A stretch of DNA of 64,000 nucleotides, from contig CM082576.2 of NCBI GenBank assembly GCA_040954595.2, positions 4,252,760 through 4,316,759 on the forward strand. Reading direction: 5' to 3'. Under the pieces are notes generated by a model. That model saw only the letters and a program-made list of their open reading frames with translations. It had not been told where the DNA came from and ran no database searches. Made by a program: the position numbers and the translations under genes. The first letter of the stretch is position 1; every line of letters begins with the position of its first letter. Origin of the DNA: Balanoglossus misakiensis. Lineage: Eukaryota; Animalia; Hemichordata. This document shows, in pieces, positions 1 to 11,900 of the stretch.

Positions 1-2867
1 CGGTATTGTTAAGATTAAGCTATACAAACATGTACTGTGCTATTTTGGTATGTGACAAGGCATCCAACTTTTGTTAAAAATGAAATTTTCTTTGGTTTTG
101 AGATCTTTTAATTGGAATAAAAATGTACCGTGTACGTAATATATATTTGCTAAACTGTGAGCCGGCTGTTTCTATATATCTCAGAGTTCAAAAGCTGTTT
201 CTGGGTGAGTTCAGTTTGTAATGGACAGATATGAATGGTGGATTGAGGGCCTGTTGGGACAGATTGGTAGCTATAGGCCCTGTTGGGACAGATCAGGAGA
301 GGATTTGGGTGGCAGTAATGTGAACTTATCCTTGCTTCACTCCAATGGTTTCCTTCGGCACTCTTTCCGAAGGCCAGCCAGGTCTCCGGAGGGATTCTGG
401 GAAGAATAGTCGAGAGGAAATGATTGATTACTGTAGATTTTGACAAGAATAATGCTGCTTGACTGTTTGTGACGGGGAAAAGATGGGAGAAAAGATAAAA
501 GAATTATTAGATGTATCCTCCAGAGTTGAAGTTTTATGATGGTTTGTGATGAGCTGACAGATTGAATGATTGAATCAGCGTTCCACCAGAACTAACTTTT
601 ACACAACCCTAAATCATAAAAGTTAGTGTTTCAGGATAGCAGTCTACCTGGGTTCCCCAGTCTCGTCTGGAAGACATTGTTACTGTTCCCATATCATACG
701 CCAGTGTTCCCCTAACATGAACAAATACATTGAAAGAAAAATCATTTGAATGATACTCTCTTTGGGGGAAAACTATATGGCCAAATGAAACGACAGAAGT
801 GATATTAGAAAAAATATACCAGTATTTGTGAGATTAGTAACATTTAAAACAGTTGTAATTTTGACGTTTTCAAACTCAAGAAGACATGGTTGATTTGTTT
901 TTCCATTGGCTCTGCAGCTACCACATCCAGTTTTCACACAGTCAATCATAAAATCCAACACGGACAATTACCGGTACATGAACAAATTTTGCCAATTTCC
1001 TGTAGCTTTCGGAGTCTACACCTAGTAATGCATGTAATGAATATGCTGCTATTGTACTCATAGATTTCATTCGTATATTTGAAATGGGTAGGAATTGTAA
1101 GCTAGATTTGTCAAGCATCAAAGCTGTGTTGAAATTAGACTTTCTCCTATTTTAATATATTCTCAGATTTCAATTTTCAATTTTTTTCTGTTGGTAGTGA
1201 TGTGTGGAAATGTCCACTCAGGTATTTTATGGTAATGGGCGTGTCTGATAAGTTGTTCACATGACCATGTGGTACACTTTTTAAAGTATAGCCTTAAGAA
1301 GAAAATCTGAGGTTGGCTAGAATTCCAGCATCCATAGTATTTGCTATTCAGGTGCCTGTGTTACCCTAAAGCCAAAAGTAACCTGATTCCTGTACTGTTG
1401 TTTGGTGTAAGGTAGCAAAACTGCATAATTAAGTTAATAACTTTGTAACAAAAGGAAAGAAAAAGATTTCTCACGTTCAGAGAGAATCAGTCATTACATA
1501 CAATTACTTGCTTTGGATGTCAGATCAATCAAACAGCCTGAAATTAAAGAAAAAGCATCTTATGATTGTGTTGATCGTCACTTTGTTACAGGAAAACTGC
1601 ACTTCACTTGTGTGGAGTATTATACAGTTTGTCCAGTTGATTTGGTCAGCATGTTAATTTATCATTACAGAGTACTTGTATTAACTGTATCACAATGTAT
1701 ATTCCATTCCAAACACAGTGATGATGACAAAGGCATAACTGTGATGGAAATAATTGAAATACAAAAAAACACACACACTGGATTATTATTAAAACTGAAA
1801 CCACTGCAGTGAGTGTAAAAATTTGTGTATGCATACTCAATCAGCTAATATTGACCTGTGATGCTGTGGTAATTAAAAAACATGCCCGTGATATTACTAC
1901 CGTTTGATGGCAAATATCACGCTGATGTCACAGCCTGCATAGGCTGGAGAGCATAAAGTTTAATCACCACTCGAACTATTTAAAATTCACCATGATTACA
2001 TCAAAATTATATTTCAATATTGTATCAGTCTTTCCTTCATTTCTGGGAGGGTAATCCGTTTATGCAATATTGAAAATTAAAAATGTGTGCTATTTTGGGG
2101 ACGGTGTGGTTATATTTTCATGGTAATATATATACCTTCTGTGTCATCTGTCTTTATCAACATTAAATTTAGCTTGATATCCTATTGTGACCTTTTCGTT
2201 TGACCTCTACCTTTCTCTTAAAAAGCTATCAATGCTGCCATAACTCTTGACGTTTCACAGCACAAATTTGTAATCATTAAGTTTTATTGAGTAAGCTTGA
2301 ACTGAGAACACTGTGTGTCATGCTGGTGAGACCAAAATAGCACTAGAATCTTGGAGATCTACCGTAAATGCCTGATATGTGCCACCAAAGCAGATACTTT
2401 TTTCACCTTGATGACAATGACGGTGGAACAACCCTCATTAATGTCTCGATATCAGCAGTAATTGCAGTACATTAAATAAAATTATCATCACAGATCCACA
2501 CATAATTAAAAATTGTGTCAATATACAAACAAGATCACATACAAGATATAAAATAAGATAATAAACATTTGTGTGGAATACATCTTCATAAATTAAATTT
2601 CATGCCCATGAATTAATATTATAGCATTAGCGTTTTCATAGTACTTTTGTCTGTACCGGTACATTTATTGACAGAAATAGCATATTTAAATTTGGTGGTT
2701 GATGAAATAGAAAACTTATATCAGGAGCTCGCCACTGAGAAAACCGAATTATGTGCTTGTAGATGTGTCATTGTATGGTTTCATCGTATAGCACGGAGGT
2801 CAGAGTTGAAATAGGCACTGTGACCTTTGGGTCAGCGCGATGTCATTGTTCCGGATGTGAATGCAGA

Positions 2868-2884
2868 GGGGGGGGGGGGGGGGG
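2868..2884 (+). repeat. poly(G)17 tract
   Basis: Seen directly. Confidence 0.95.
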
Positions 2885-5800
2885 AGCATCTCGCAGCCCT
2901 ACCAAATTTACGATTCCTGCGCGTTACCTGATTATAGCTGTACTTGTTCTAAATATAGCGAGCATGTCTGGGAGGCTAAATTTAGTCGTGGCGGCCACGT
3001 CTTTTCATGTGGTTAAGGTTTGCTGTGGAATTCCTATGCAGTCTGCGAGAGAACTACGAGTTGTCGAGTGCTGCTGGGGTCGAGGTGATGATAAACCCAC
3101 AAATAAATCTGACGTACTGAGGAGAATGCCATGTTTGGCGTAGTGCTCTGTATTGAAACATTGAAGGAGTCACCTACATGTATATCATCATGGATACATG
3201 CATACAAGCCAGAATTTTGCCATGTCATGTATTAATTATTACATTTTGCAATAATTTTCACTATAATACTACTGCTGGTGAATAATGTGTTGTTTATGAG
3301 GAGAAAATTTACACAGTGTACACACAATCCTGATGGCAGCCAATTTCCCTTTAAAAATAAAAGCTAGACCACGACAATTCTGTTTAAATTGCCCATACAA
3401 TGTTCTGCATTGTGTGCATTATTTCTGAATGTCATGTTCCTAAGTATCTTTTCATGTTTGTGCTTCATTCTGCCAAATACTTGCAGTCATCCGTATGCCA
3501 AATACACAAACATGCCACTGTGAATTGCCTGTATGCATGACTGATATATCAGAGGGCATCATGTTATTGCCTTGAGACCAACAACCCAAGCAAAACACCC
3601 TGGAGTCAAACCAAACAGTGAATGTTACAGGCAATATACTTATATCATAAGTCAAACAAATGACAGATTTATCTCATTTTTATTACCTTTAATCAGGTAG
3701 TCACGAAAACTTTTTTTTTTCTAATTTCGACAGCCAGTGAAAGTGAATTCATTACAGTGATGATCGCTTCATAAAACAGGTTTTTATAAGTTCAAATCAT
3801 CCTAAATGTTAATTACCAAAGTTTACCAATCTCCCTGATTTTTTTTGGTGCCTGACTTTACTTGCCTGACATTGGAATAAATCATGATTACTTCACAAAT
3901 GCTGAGAAATGATTCTTGTTTAATATAGTTGTGATGTATATGCATTCCTCACCTTCATTCTCACAGGTGGAAGGGACATAGGAATTTCAGTGAACACACC
4001 GTCCTCACTGAACTCGATCAACTTTTGATGTTAACAGGGAAAGGCAAGGGGAACTGTAACTGAATTAAAATTGAACTCTGAACTTTTTAAACTTCAATCC
4101 ATATATGCATTTTTCCGAGAAAAACGTTCACAGTCTGTTACTCTGACATTTTCTGTTTTTGCCTGCAAGGAGATATTTCCAAGCAGTTGTGATCTTCCAT
4201 TTCGACAGAAATCTTACAAGTAACCTGATTGATATCCCTTCAAGATATATATCCCTTAATAATTTAATTATTATATGACATTTTTCTTTCAAATTGAAGC
4301 ACATCGATGCTTGGTTTCATTTCAGATTAAAAATAACATTTCATCATAATTAAGAGAGAAAGAATTAATATGTGAGTATTTTGTCATAACAGTTTGATCA
4401 TTCTGAAGTATCCTGCTCAGTGTCTGGTCATGTGATTATAATTACCCACAATTCCTATCAACATCAGCTCCAGACATTCATCTTCCGCAAGACTAAACCT
4501 GAATGCATGTGTCTACAAAATAAAAAGTTGCTGGTTCGCAGTGTTAAAAGCAAATTTTTGTTACTACCATATTCCTTCAATAAACCAGGATTACTCTCGC
4601 AAAATCTGGAATTATATCTCTGTAACAGTCTGTATACAGAAATTTGCCAAGACTAAAAAAATAATGTGTGGAGACAAAAAAAAATGATATTCTTTTGAGA
4701 AAATATTAGATTGGATGTGGTTTGATTTACGAAATGGGACAAATTGGAATTGCAAATATTGTGCCAGGTACAAATGCCGGGAAATGCCGGATCGCATTCC
4801 CCAAACGCTGTTTGTGTGAATTCAGGGGAATGGGGTCGCTGAGCGACGTGACTGGATAAGAACTGTGCCAATATCATCCTGTCAAATTTGTCGTGAAAAA
4901 TTACACCTCGGTGATCGCGCAGATGCTTGTGTCAAATGAAGAGTTAATCAGGGGGTTTTGTGATCTTCTCTTGTATTCATGAAAGTGCCATATTTAGAAG
5001 GCCAGTTTTTATCACCCTCCTGCACAATGAATACACAGTATCGATTACAAGGGTCTCCAGATTCCAGCTCAGGAGGCTAATATGCCCAATCTGATAACCC
5101 GGCAAATTCCTGCATAATGGCGTACGTATCTTCGCTACAAGCTCTCCTAGCACTCTTTGACTCACTTACCCTCTTCATCATCTTTTTTTTTCAAGAAGAA
5201 AACAGAAAAAAAAGCCAGATTTCGGTTTGATTATTCCACTGGAAAGGTGATAAGCGTTTTCCATCTTGTGAATGAGTGAGGTATGTCAATTCAGGTGAGT
5301 TGCAGAGAGTACATGGCAGATGATTGAGAAAAACACTGAAACCAGTCATAGACACATAAAGATGATTGTAGACACTGATGTCACATGGTTAAACCCTACA
5401 GTGTATGACACTATACTCTTCTGTAGGAATGCATGTACTACTACTACACGTTGCATCTACAGATACAGAACACAGCTTATCAAGCTCTATTCCCACTCTC
5501 TCTCTCTTTCTCTTATCACACAGTTAGAACCAGTTCTTCTTCTTATCTATATACCTGAGTATACTCTATCTTCAGATCATTACATGTAGTAACGACTGGA
5601 TCGAGCCTGTGCTTTATGCCCTGTTCTTGCACGTGTCCAGGTGTAGAAACAAGGTGTGGGAAGAAAAAAAACTACTTCAGTGATGGGTTTGATACAGAAA
5701 TCAATTAGGAAACAGTTATGTTATATTTGTACCTGCAATTTGCAAAATGAAATACTAGGAATAGTAAAATAAAACAGACCTGTTTTTGAAAACCGTATAA

Positions 5801-6196
5801 CCATTTATTATTTTCAACTTTGTACTATTAATACTTGAGAAAGTAAAGTTAGAATCTCTAGCATGTTTTTTTTCGCTCAGAAATTGATTTTTCCTAGCAC
5901 AGGGTCCTCTTATTTGCACCTAACCAAATCTTTCCAATGATCATAGCACACGTCCAGTCGTCATTTAGTGTCAGATAAATCCTGAAAAAGTCAATCAGAA
6001 ATCATCGACGCTCTTAAAGAGGATCATAAAAAGAAGATGTAAAATTTTGTTCAGGAATGTAATTTCAGTGAAAACCATCACACTAGTGCAAACATTACCC
6101 AGTGGTAACCAATACTCAGAATGATCTCAATGTACCACCGACAGTTTCTCTTCAAATTGACAATTTAACACGGTTTTATTGACAGTCTGCTTTCCT

Positions 6197-6210
6197 GTAA
6201 CCAAGGCAAC
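6197..6210. promoter_or_regulatory. RFX X-box
   Basis: GTAACC-AA-GGCAAC matches GTNRCC(N2)RGYAAC. Confidence 0.4.
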
Positions 6211-8472
6211 GAAAAACATTTTGGAATTTGACAGCTGATCAGGATGCTACATCTAAAGAGCAAGTGTGCTGCGAAGTGACTGACGTTTTTTAGAGTTATT
6301 AACTTAGTATTTTCCATTTTACTCATTTCTCGTTGTGAATTCGCTATTAATTTGGAAAACGAAAATATCGAAGTCAAGGCCAAATGGTACTTCTAGTGCT
6401 CATCACCGTTTAATGAAAGAAGCAGACAGGTCGAGTAGCTCAAGAAATTACAAAATCTCCAGGGAAACACATCAGACAAATTATATACAGCCCTCGGGAA
6501 AACTATCCCATAATACCCAGCATTAATGTGCTTTTTTCTTGTTTGGTTTCTTGGATCAGAATTGGTGTGCATAATACACAGCGAAGATCATAAGTGAATT
6601 TCTGCACAAATGTCACTGTCGATTTGTGAAAAGGTGGTAATGCATGCTGGGTGGAGAGTCTTGTTATGTTCTGGATGTGTTTCTCTGTCCGTCTGCGAGT
6701 GCATTGTTGAAATTTATTAAAGAGGAATGAAAAGGTATCACCATCCTCAATTTGTATAGACGACTATTAGACCAAAACAGACAAGCAGATCTACTGCAAA
6801 TACTAGATGTAAAAACATGCACTTGTTCAAAGAGAACTGTGTGTGCAAATCCCAGGCACTGCAGAAGCTGTCAGTGCTGGGTAGTTATCAGCAATTATGC
6901 TAATTAGAGTCTTGTAAAGAATAATCTCTGATATACGTTTGCCAACAAATACAACGTTTCCTTTTAAGGTGTCTGTTACTACAAAGGGATTTGCTATGAA
7001 AATATGTCAAAAAAAGAATCCCTGCAAGTCATAATTATAGTTCTTACAGATTTTTCAAATAGCTAGTCCCTTTAAAATTTCTGCTGCTATGCAAGATAAC
7101 AAACCAACAACCAGAGAGTCGAGTGTAGTTTGTACAATATTTACAACGTAGATTTTTAATCCTGAGCTAGTTTAATGTAATTTTTGCCCAGTAATATAAG
7201 AAATCATATCAAGAATTTTTGAAAAATATGTTCTGTCTTTTTGTAGGCTTCAAGTTGTTTCAAAACTTGTTCCAACAACAGCAAGTATCAGTATACATAC
7301 ATTCTGTTGTCTGAGGTCATTGCAGTTGGTTTTAAACATTTTCTGCTCAGATTCATGCCACCTCAATTTTGACATCTACAGACCCAGAAAACAAACATTG
7401 CCTCCTTACGACACAAGACCAGAACGCCTCCTGAGCTTTTGTGTGTGTAATTTTCACATATCATAAAATTTCAAATTGATAATTACATTTCAAAATTAAC
7501 TGCAACAGCACTTTATCTAATTAATCTTAGTGTATTCTCAGTTGGGAGCAGTGCGCTTTTGAGAAATAAACACAACATGTAGCAATTAACACATTGACGT
7601 CTAACAACTGTAGGACACTGTGACACTGGGAAAAATAGGGCAAGGTTATCGCCAGGTCACACACATAACAACAGACGTACGCGGTATCTTGCATTCATAA
7701 CTGGACATGCAGTTTCTGCATGAGCCTGTATGAAAAAATTGAATTTTTCTGGTTAGAATAATTACCTTCCCACTGTTTTTGCAAGTTTTTTCAATAATAA
7801 TAATCTCTCTTAGCATAAACCACCATATTGCAATTAAATACTATGACAGTTACATCAGTTGATGACAAGTTGACTGTTAATTGACAGTGTACACGACAAC
7901 CTACATGTATGTCAACATGAAACCTGTTGATAGAAGGCTCGGATAATTAAATATTGGTGTGTGTTTACGTGATGTGTGTACATGTAGTATGAACTAAGAA
8001 AATTGCATGATTAAACTCTGTCTCCCTGTAATTTAACTGTTACACAACAAGTGGAAATAATGATAATAACTACCTCTTTTGTGCATAGGAGTAATATTCC
8101 TAATAGCATCAGTAGTTTCTAGAACTTAATAGAATCAATCTAGAATTCCATTTCCACCTGCTGTGATTCAGCAAGTGTCTTTTTTGCTGTTCGTTTTTGC
8201 ACATACACACATGTCACACAGACACAATCAGATATACAGACACATTGTACATCTGGCTTGAAGCAAGAAAAGGTCGTCCATGTAATGGAGTACCGAAAAA
8301 ATTTTCATTGCAACTGTAAGTGTGCACGCCATTTTAATTTTACCTCTTTGCAAATAGGTTTTAAAACAAAAAGCTCGAAGCGTAATTGGGGTAAAATTTG
8401 AGCTGCCTGGAAATTGATTAGTTGGTATATACTGTTGTAATGCCAACCTGCCAAGAAATCCAGCAGCGCGTT

Positions 8473-8487
8473 GTTACCATTGGCAAC
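8473..8487. promoter_or_regulatory. RFX X-box
   Basis: GTTACC-ATT-GGCAAC matches the consensus and is followed by a GTTGCT half-site. Confidence 0.45.
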
Positions 8488-8966
8488 ACTGGTTGCTACA
8501 GTGGTAGAACGCACAGAAACCCAATCTCTCTCATGGTGAGGGCTTACAAAAATAAGTCTGTTTAGGTTTTTTTTTCTGTTCCTTTCCAAAACTTTGAACA
8601 AATTCTAAAGAACCCTCACTGCTAATGGGATTTGATGCTAAAGTCACACACAGAAAATAAATCCTAGCATTAAACTGCACAAAAGCCTGCAGATTTCATC
8701 CTTCAAAATGGAAGTAAATCCTCAGCAAGGCATTATGCAAACAGGGATTTTTTTAACCCATTAGATCGGAATATGTTGCTATTGTGACTGGGTGAGAACG
8801 CCTGAGCTATTATTAAAAGTCTGGTATATTGAGTTGTAAATACTGCCTGCCAATTACATGTCATTCTCTTCTCAAATCTTAACTTCAGCACCATAATTTA
8901 TGACGCACAGACAGCAAGAGTTTCCTCGTACTCGTGCCGTACGTCTCGTCTCGCCTCGCCACGACA

Positions 8967-8980
8967 GTTGCCATGGTAAC
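8967..8980. promoter_or_regulatory. RFX X-box
   Basis: GTTGCCATGGTAAC is a perfect match to the X-box consensus GTNRCC(N0-3)RGYAAC, in a CpG-rich patch. Confidence 0.55.
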
Positions 8981-11900
8981 AAAAGTTCACAACCAGAGGA
9001 GCAGCTGCTTAAGGCACGTCTCTGAAAAAAGAAAAAGAAAACGTGGAACTTAATTTCGAGATTAAGCCATGCCAAGTTTACCGTAAATGTTCTGGAGGAT
9101 TATCCGTGTTCAAGCTCCGTGCAAACAAAGAAGGCAGGCATTTTGATAATGGCTTAGGGTGATTTGATTTTATAATATTTGCGAGGAGTGTGATAAATCA
9201 AGTCAGGGGGTAGCGTTTTACGGCCGTCACATTACAGTCTCGTATAATTGCGCGTAAGTCACTTCGTCTGTGTGCGACAAGGTATCAGCCGTGTGATCAT
9301 GTACAGCCATTGTCATTCAGATCGACAGTCTAGCAAGTGCACTTGGTATGATACTGTTAAAGTCAGTCAACTGATTTGAGACGTATGAGTCTGTGAAACA
9401 CCGAAACGAAAAACTTATAATTCAGCTTATGAATCCACCAATAGCATCGGTAATTTCATTTCAGATTTTTGATTTTCTTAACACACTGTGCCACCAAAAA
9501 TGTGTTTGACTTGAAACCTCTCACCTGCCTCAGAAATATTTGTGATTTATCGTTTCCTTCAAATGATTTTTCTCTTTGTACTTTCCCTGTGAAATGTTTG
9601 ACTTTCCATTTTTGTTCATATTCGTAAGATCTGCAGCTGTCTTTGGTATCACCGAAACATTGTGTTGATGTATCAGGATGAGAGCTGATAAAACCAGATG
9701 AATCAATTTCTACACTGAGAGATTAATTTATGAAAAAGAACCCCGGTATTAATGGTATCAAGCAAAATTCACATTATAATAATAAAACTTGGCCAGCAAG
9801 AAAGGATATCGTTCTTCAGAAACACTGAAAACTGCACACATTTAGTGTTCATTTTTTCTCTCATGATTCATTGATGAAAAAATGTTCAAAATTATTTTAT
9901 AGAAACCTGAAAGACTTTGTGTATCTCAGATGGCTTGGTATTGGCAGGATTAAAATAACCAGCAAAGCTTGAACAAACTCATTTCATCTCTCATAAAAGT
10001 AAACCTACAGTGGAAATAAATGTAAATTTAGTTTCTGTTCAGCTTGCATTAATTATAGTCATCACATACGTGTATATAGGTGATCAAGCTAAACATAGAT
10101 TTCCCGTTAGTTTGCCACAAATATCATTCATGGAAATAGGCTGAAATTGTTTTACTGAATTCAAACACGTGCTGAAGCTGAGCTGTATCGGTGGTATGAC
10201 TTTTTGATCCTTGATTTTATATACAACAACTGTAACTTCTGAGGTCAGCCAGGTTACAGATGTAAAAATTTTGACAGGAATAAAATGTAACATTCTTGGG
10301 AAGGTACATGTATTAAAAATGTAGCGTTCACTTCAGTTTCACAGTTTGACATTCAAAAAACGAGACCTCACAATATCTCTCCTTGTGTTCTGTTGACAAG
10401 TTACCAGTAGCAACCAGTGTACTTCAGTTGCAGACAGCTAATTAATGTACGTCGCTTATGAAGACATTTTCAGGAAAAAAATTTAAATGCCAGTCCTTTA
10501 ATTTCTTGTTTGCCATCTTCCTTTTGACATGAAGCAATATTACATGGTTCTAGAAAATCAATTAACTCTTTCTTATGAGATAATGACAACCTTTTGCAAT
10601 TCAAATTGTTGGTTGATTTCAGATAATTTGGCACTTTTGCTTTAAGCATTTTTCATTTATTATGTTTTTAAAAATATGCACAAGCGTAAGAATTTCTTCT
10701 TCAAGTTACCACCATATTACTAAAACCATACAATTAATAGATCTGGATTGTCCCCAAAATAGGACAGAAAAAAAGTATATCACTGACTTAAAAGCCTGTG
10801 TTCCAAGTCCAAGGGCACAGGCGGCTCTTGAAGAATTCTAGAATTTAATGCCGTCTACAGCCCTGCAGCATAATGTCATTGCACTGACATTACTGGGCGA
10901 ACAGTAAACAGACAACTGTAAGGCAACCATAAGGTCAGTGCTTCAGTGTTTGCCCAGACACCTTTAAATGTGTAGAGCCAATAAAACTGCGTGTATTTAT
11001 TGATTTCAGGTCAATTGAGAGCCAGGCAGCCAAATCACAATGAGCCTAGACTGGTTTGACTGGCAGAATAAATGTATTTATCGTGTACCTGTGTGTGCTG
11101 TTGTGGAGAGCTTGCTAGTATTGGGATTTTTCTTAACAAAAAAATAAAATCTATTTTTAAACACGTAATAGGACAGAATCAGTGCTTTTAATGAATGCGA
11201 CTGGTTTTTCTTTGCATTATCATATTAACGAAATCCATTCACTAAAGTTTTCTTGTATGGTAGATATTATAAATCACATTGATTCAGATTTTTTGCTTGG
11301 ATAAACACATTGTTTGAGACCCATTTTTGTGTGTTATGGGGGAGTATAGTTTGCAGGTGGTGTTTTCAAAGATATTGACACCAAAGGTTTTCAGTCAGGT
11401 ATGGACGGACTTCTGGTATCATTCAAATCACAATTGATCTTGTTCATCCTGAGAAGAAACTCGTATCTTTCAGATTTTTTTCAGGTGTGAACTCTACAAA
11501 TTTTCCCAAAGTGACACTGCACTGAAGCTTCTTTGAAGCCATTATTTCAAACAACACATGAATAATAAATGAAGTTATCAATCTTCATTTTTCAGGAAAT
11601 TTAATGATTCAAATTTCTCTCAACAGCAAATATTTTTGTATGTCTGAGTACTATGTGCCTAAGCTTGTAGAGAAATCTTTCTTTATACATATATAGTTAA
11701 ATTGATGATGGCTTCTATGTTGGTTTATGGATCATAAAATGATCCTAAATTTTAGAACAGTTTGATATGAAATGTTTGAAATATATGTAGGCATATTAAC
11801 ACAGTGGAGATTGCGATTCAGATACAAACGCTTACCACCTGGGTACAGTAATTAGTATTAACAGTCGACCAATCATCATGTTTCCTAAGGCTATTATAAA

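Larger units (their letters stand above)
150..9021 (-). other. Candidate spliced minus-strand transcript of unknown identity; putative exons ~8909-9021, 5170-5181, 3953-4021, 1508-1537, 648-711 and <=462
   Basis: Minus-strand polypyrimidine-AG acceptors at 9022-23, 1538-39, 712-13 and 463-64, and donors at 5168-69 (G|GTAAGT), 3951-52 (AAG|GTGAGG), 1506-07 and 646-47. No recognisable protein family. Confidence 0.3.

Noticed and set aside
258-294. Short direct repeat cctgttgggacagat x2 (period 29)
   Set aside because: Only two copies; most likely a local duplication with no interpretable function.
680-709. EHWRMIWEQ resembles the protein tyrosine phosphatase motif DFWRMIWEQ
   Set aside because: It is followed by a stop, no other PTP motifs are visible nearby, and a match this short can be chance.
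972-999. 28-nt minus-strand exon that would join the 1508 and 648 exons without a stop
   Set aside because: Its acceptor lacks a polypyrimidine tract, so adding it looks like overfitting without transcript data.
8884-8892. TTCAGCACC, left half of a REST/RE1 site
   Set aside because: The right half (GGACAG) is absent.
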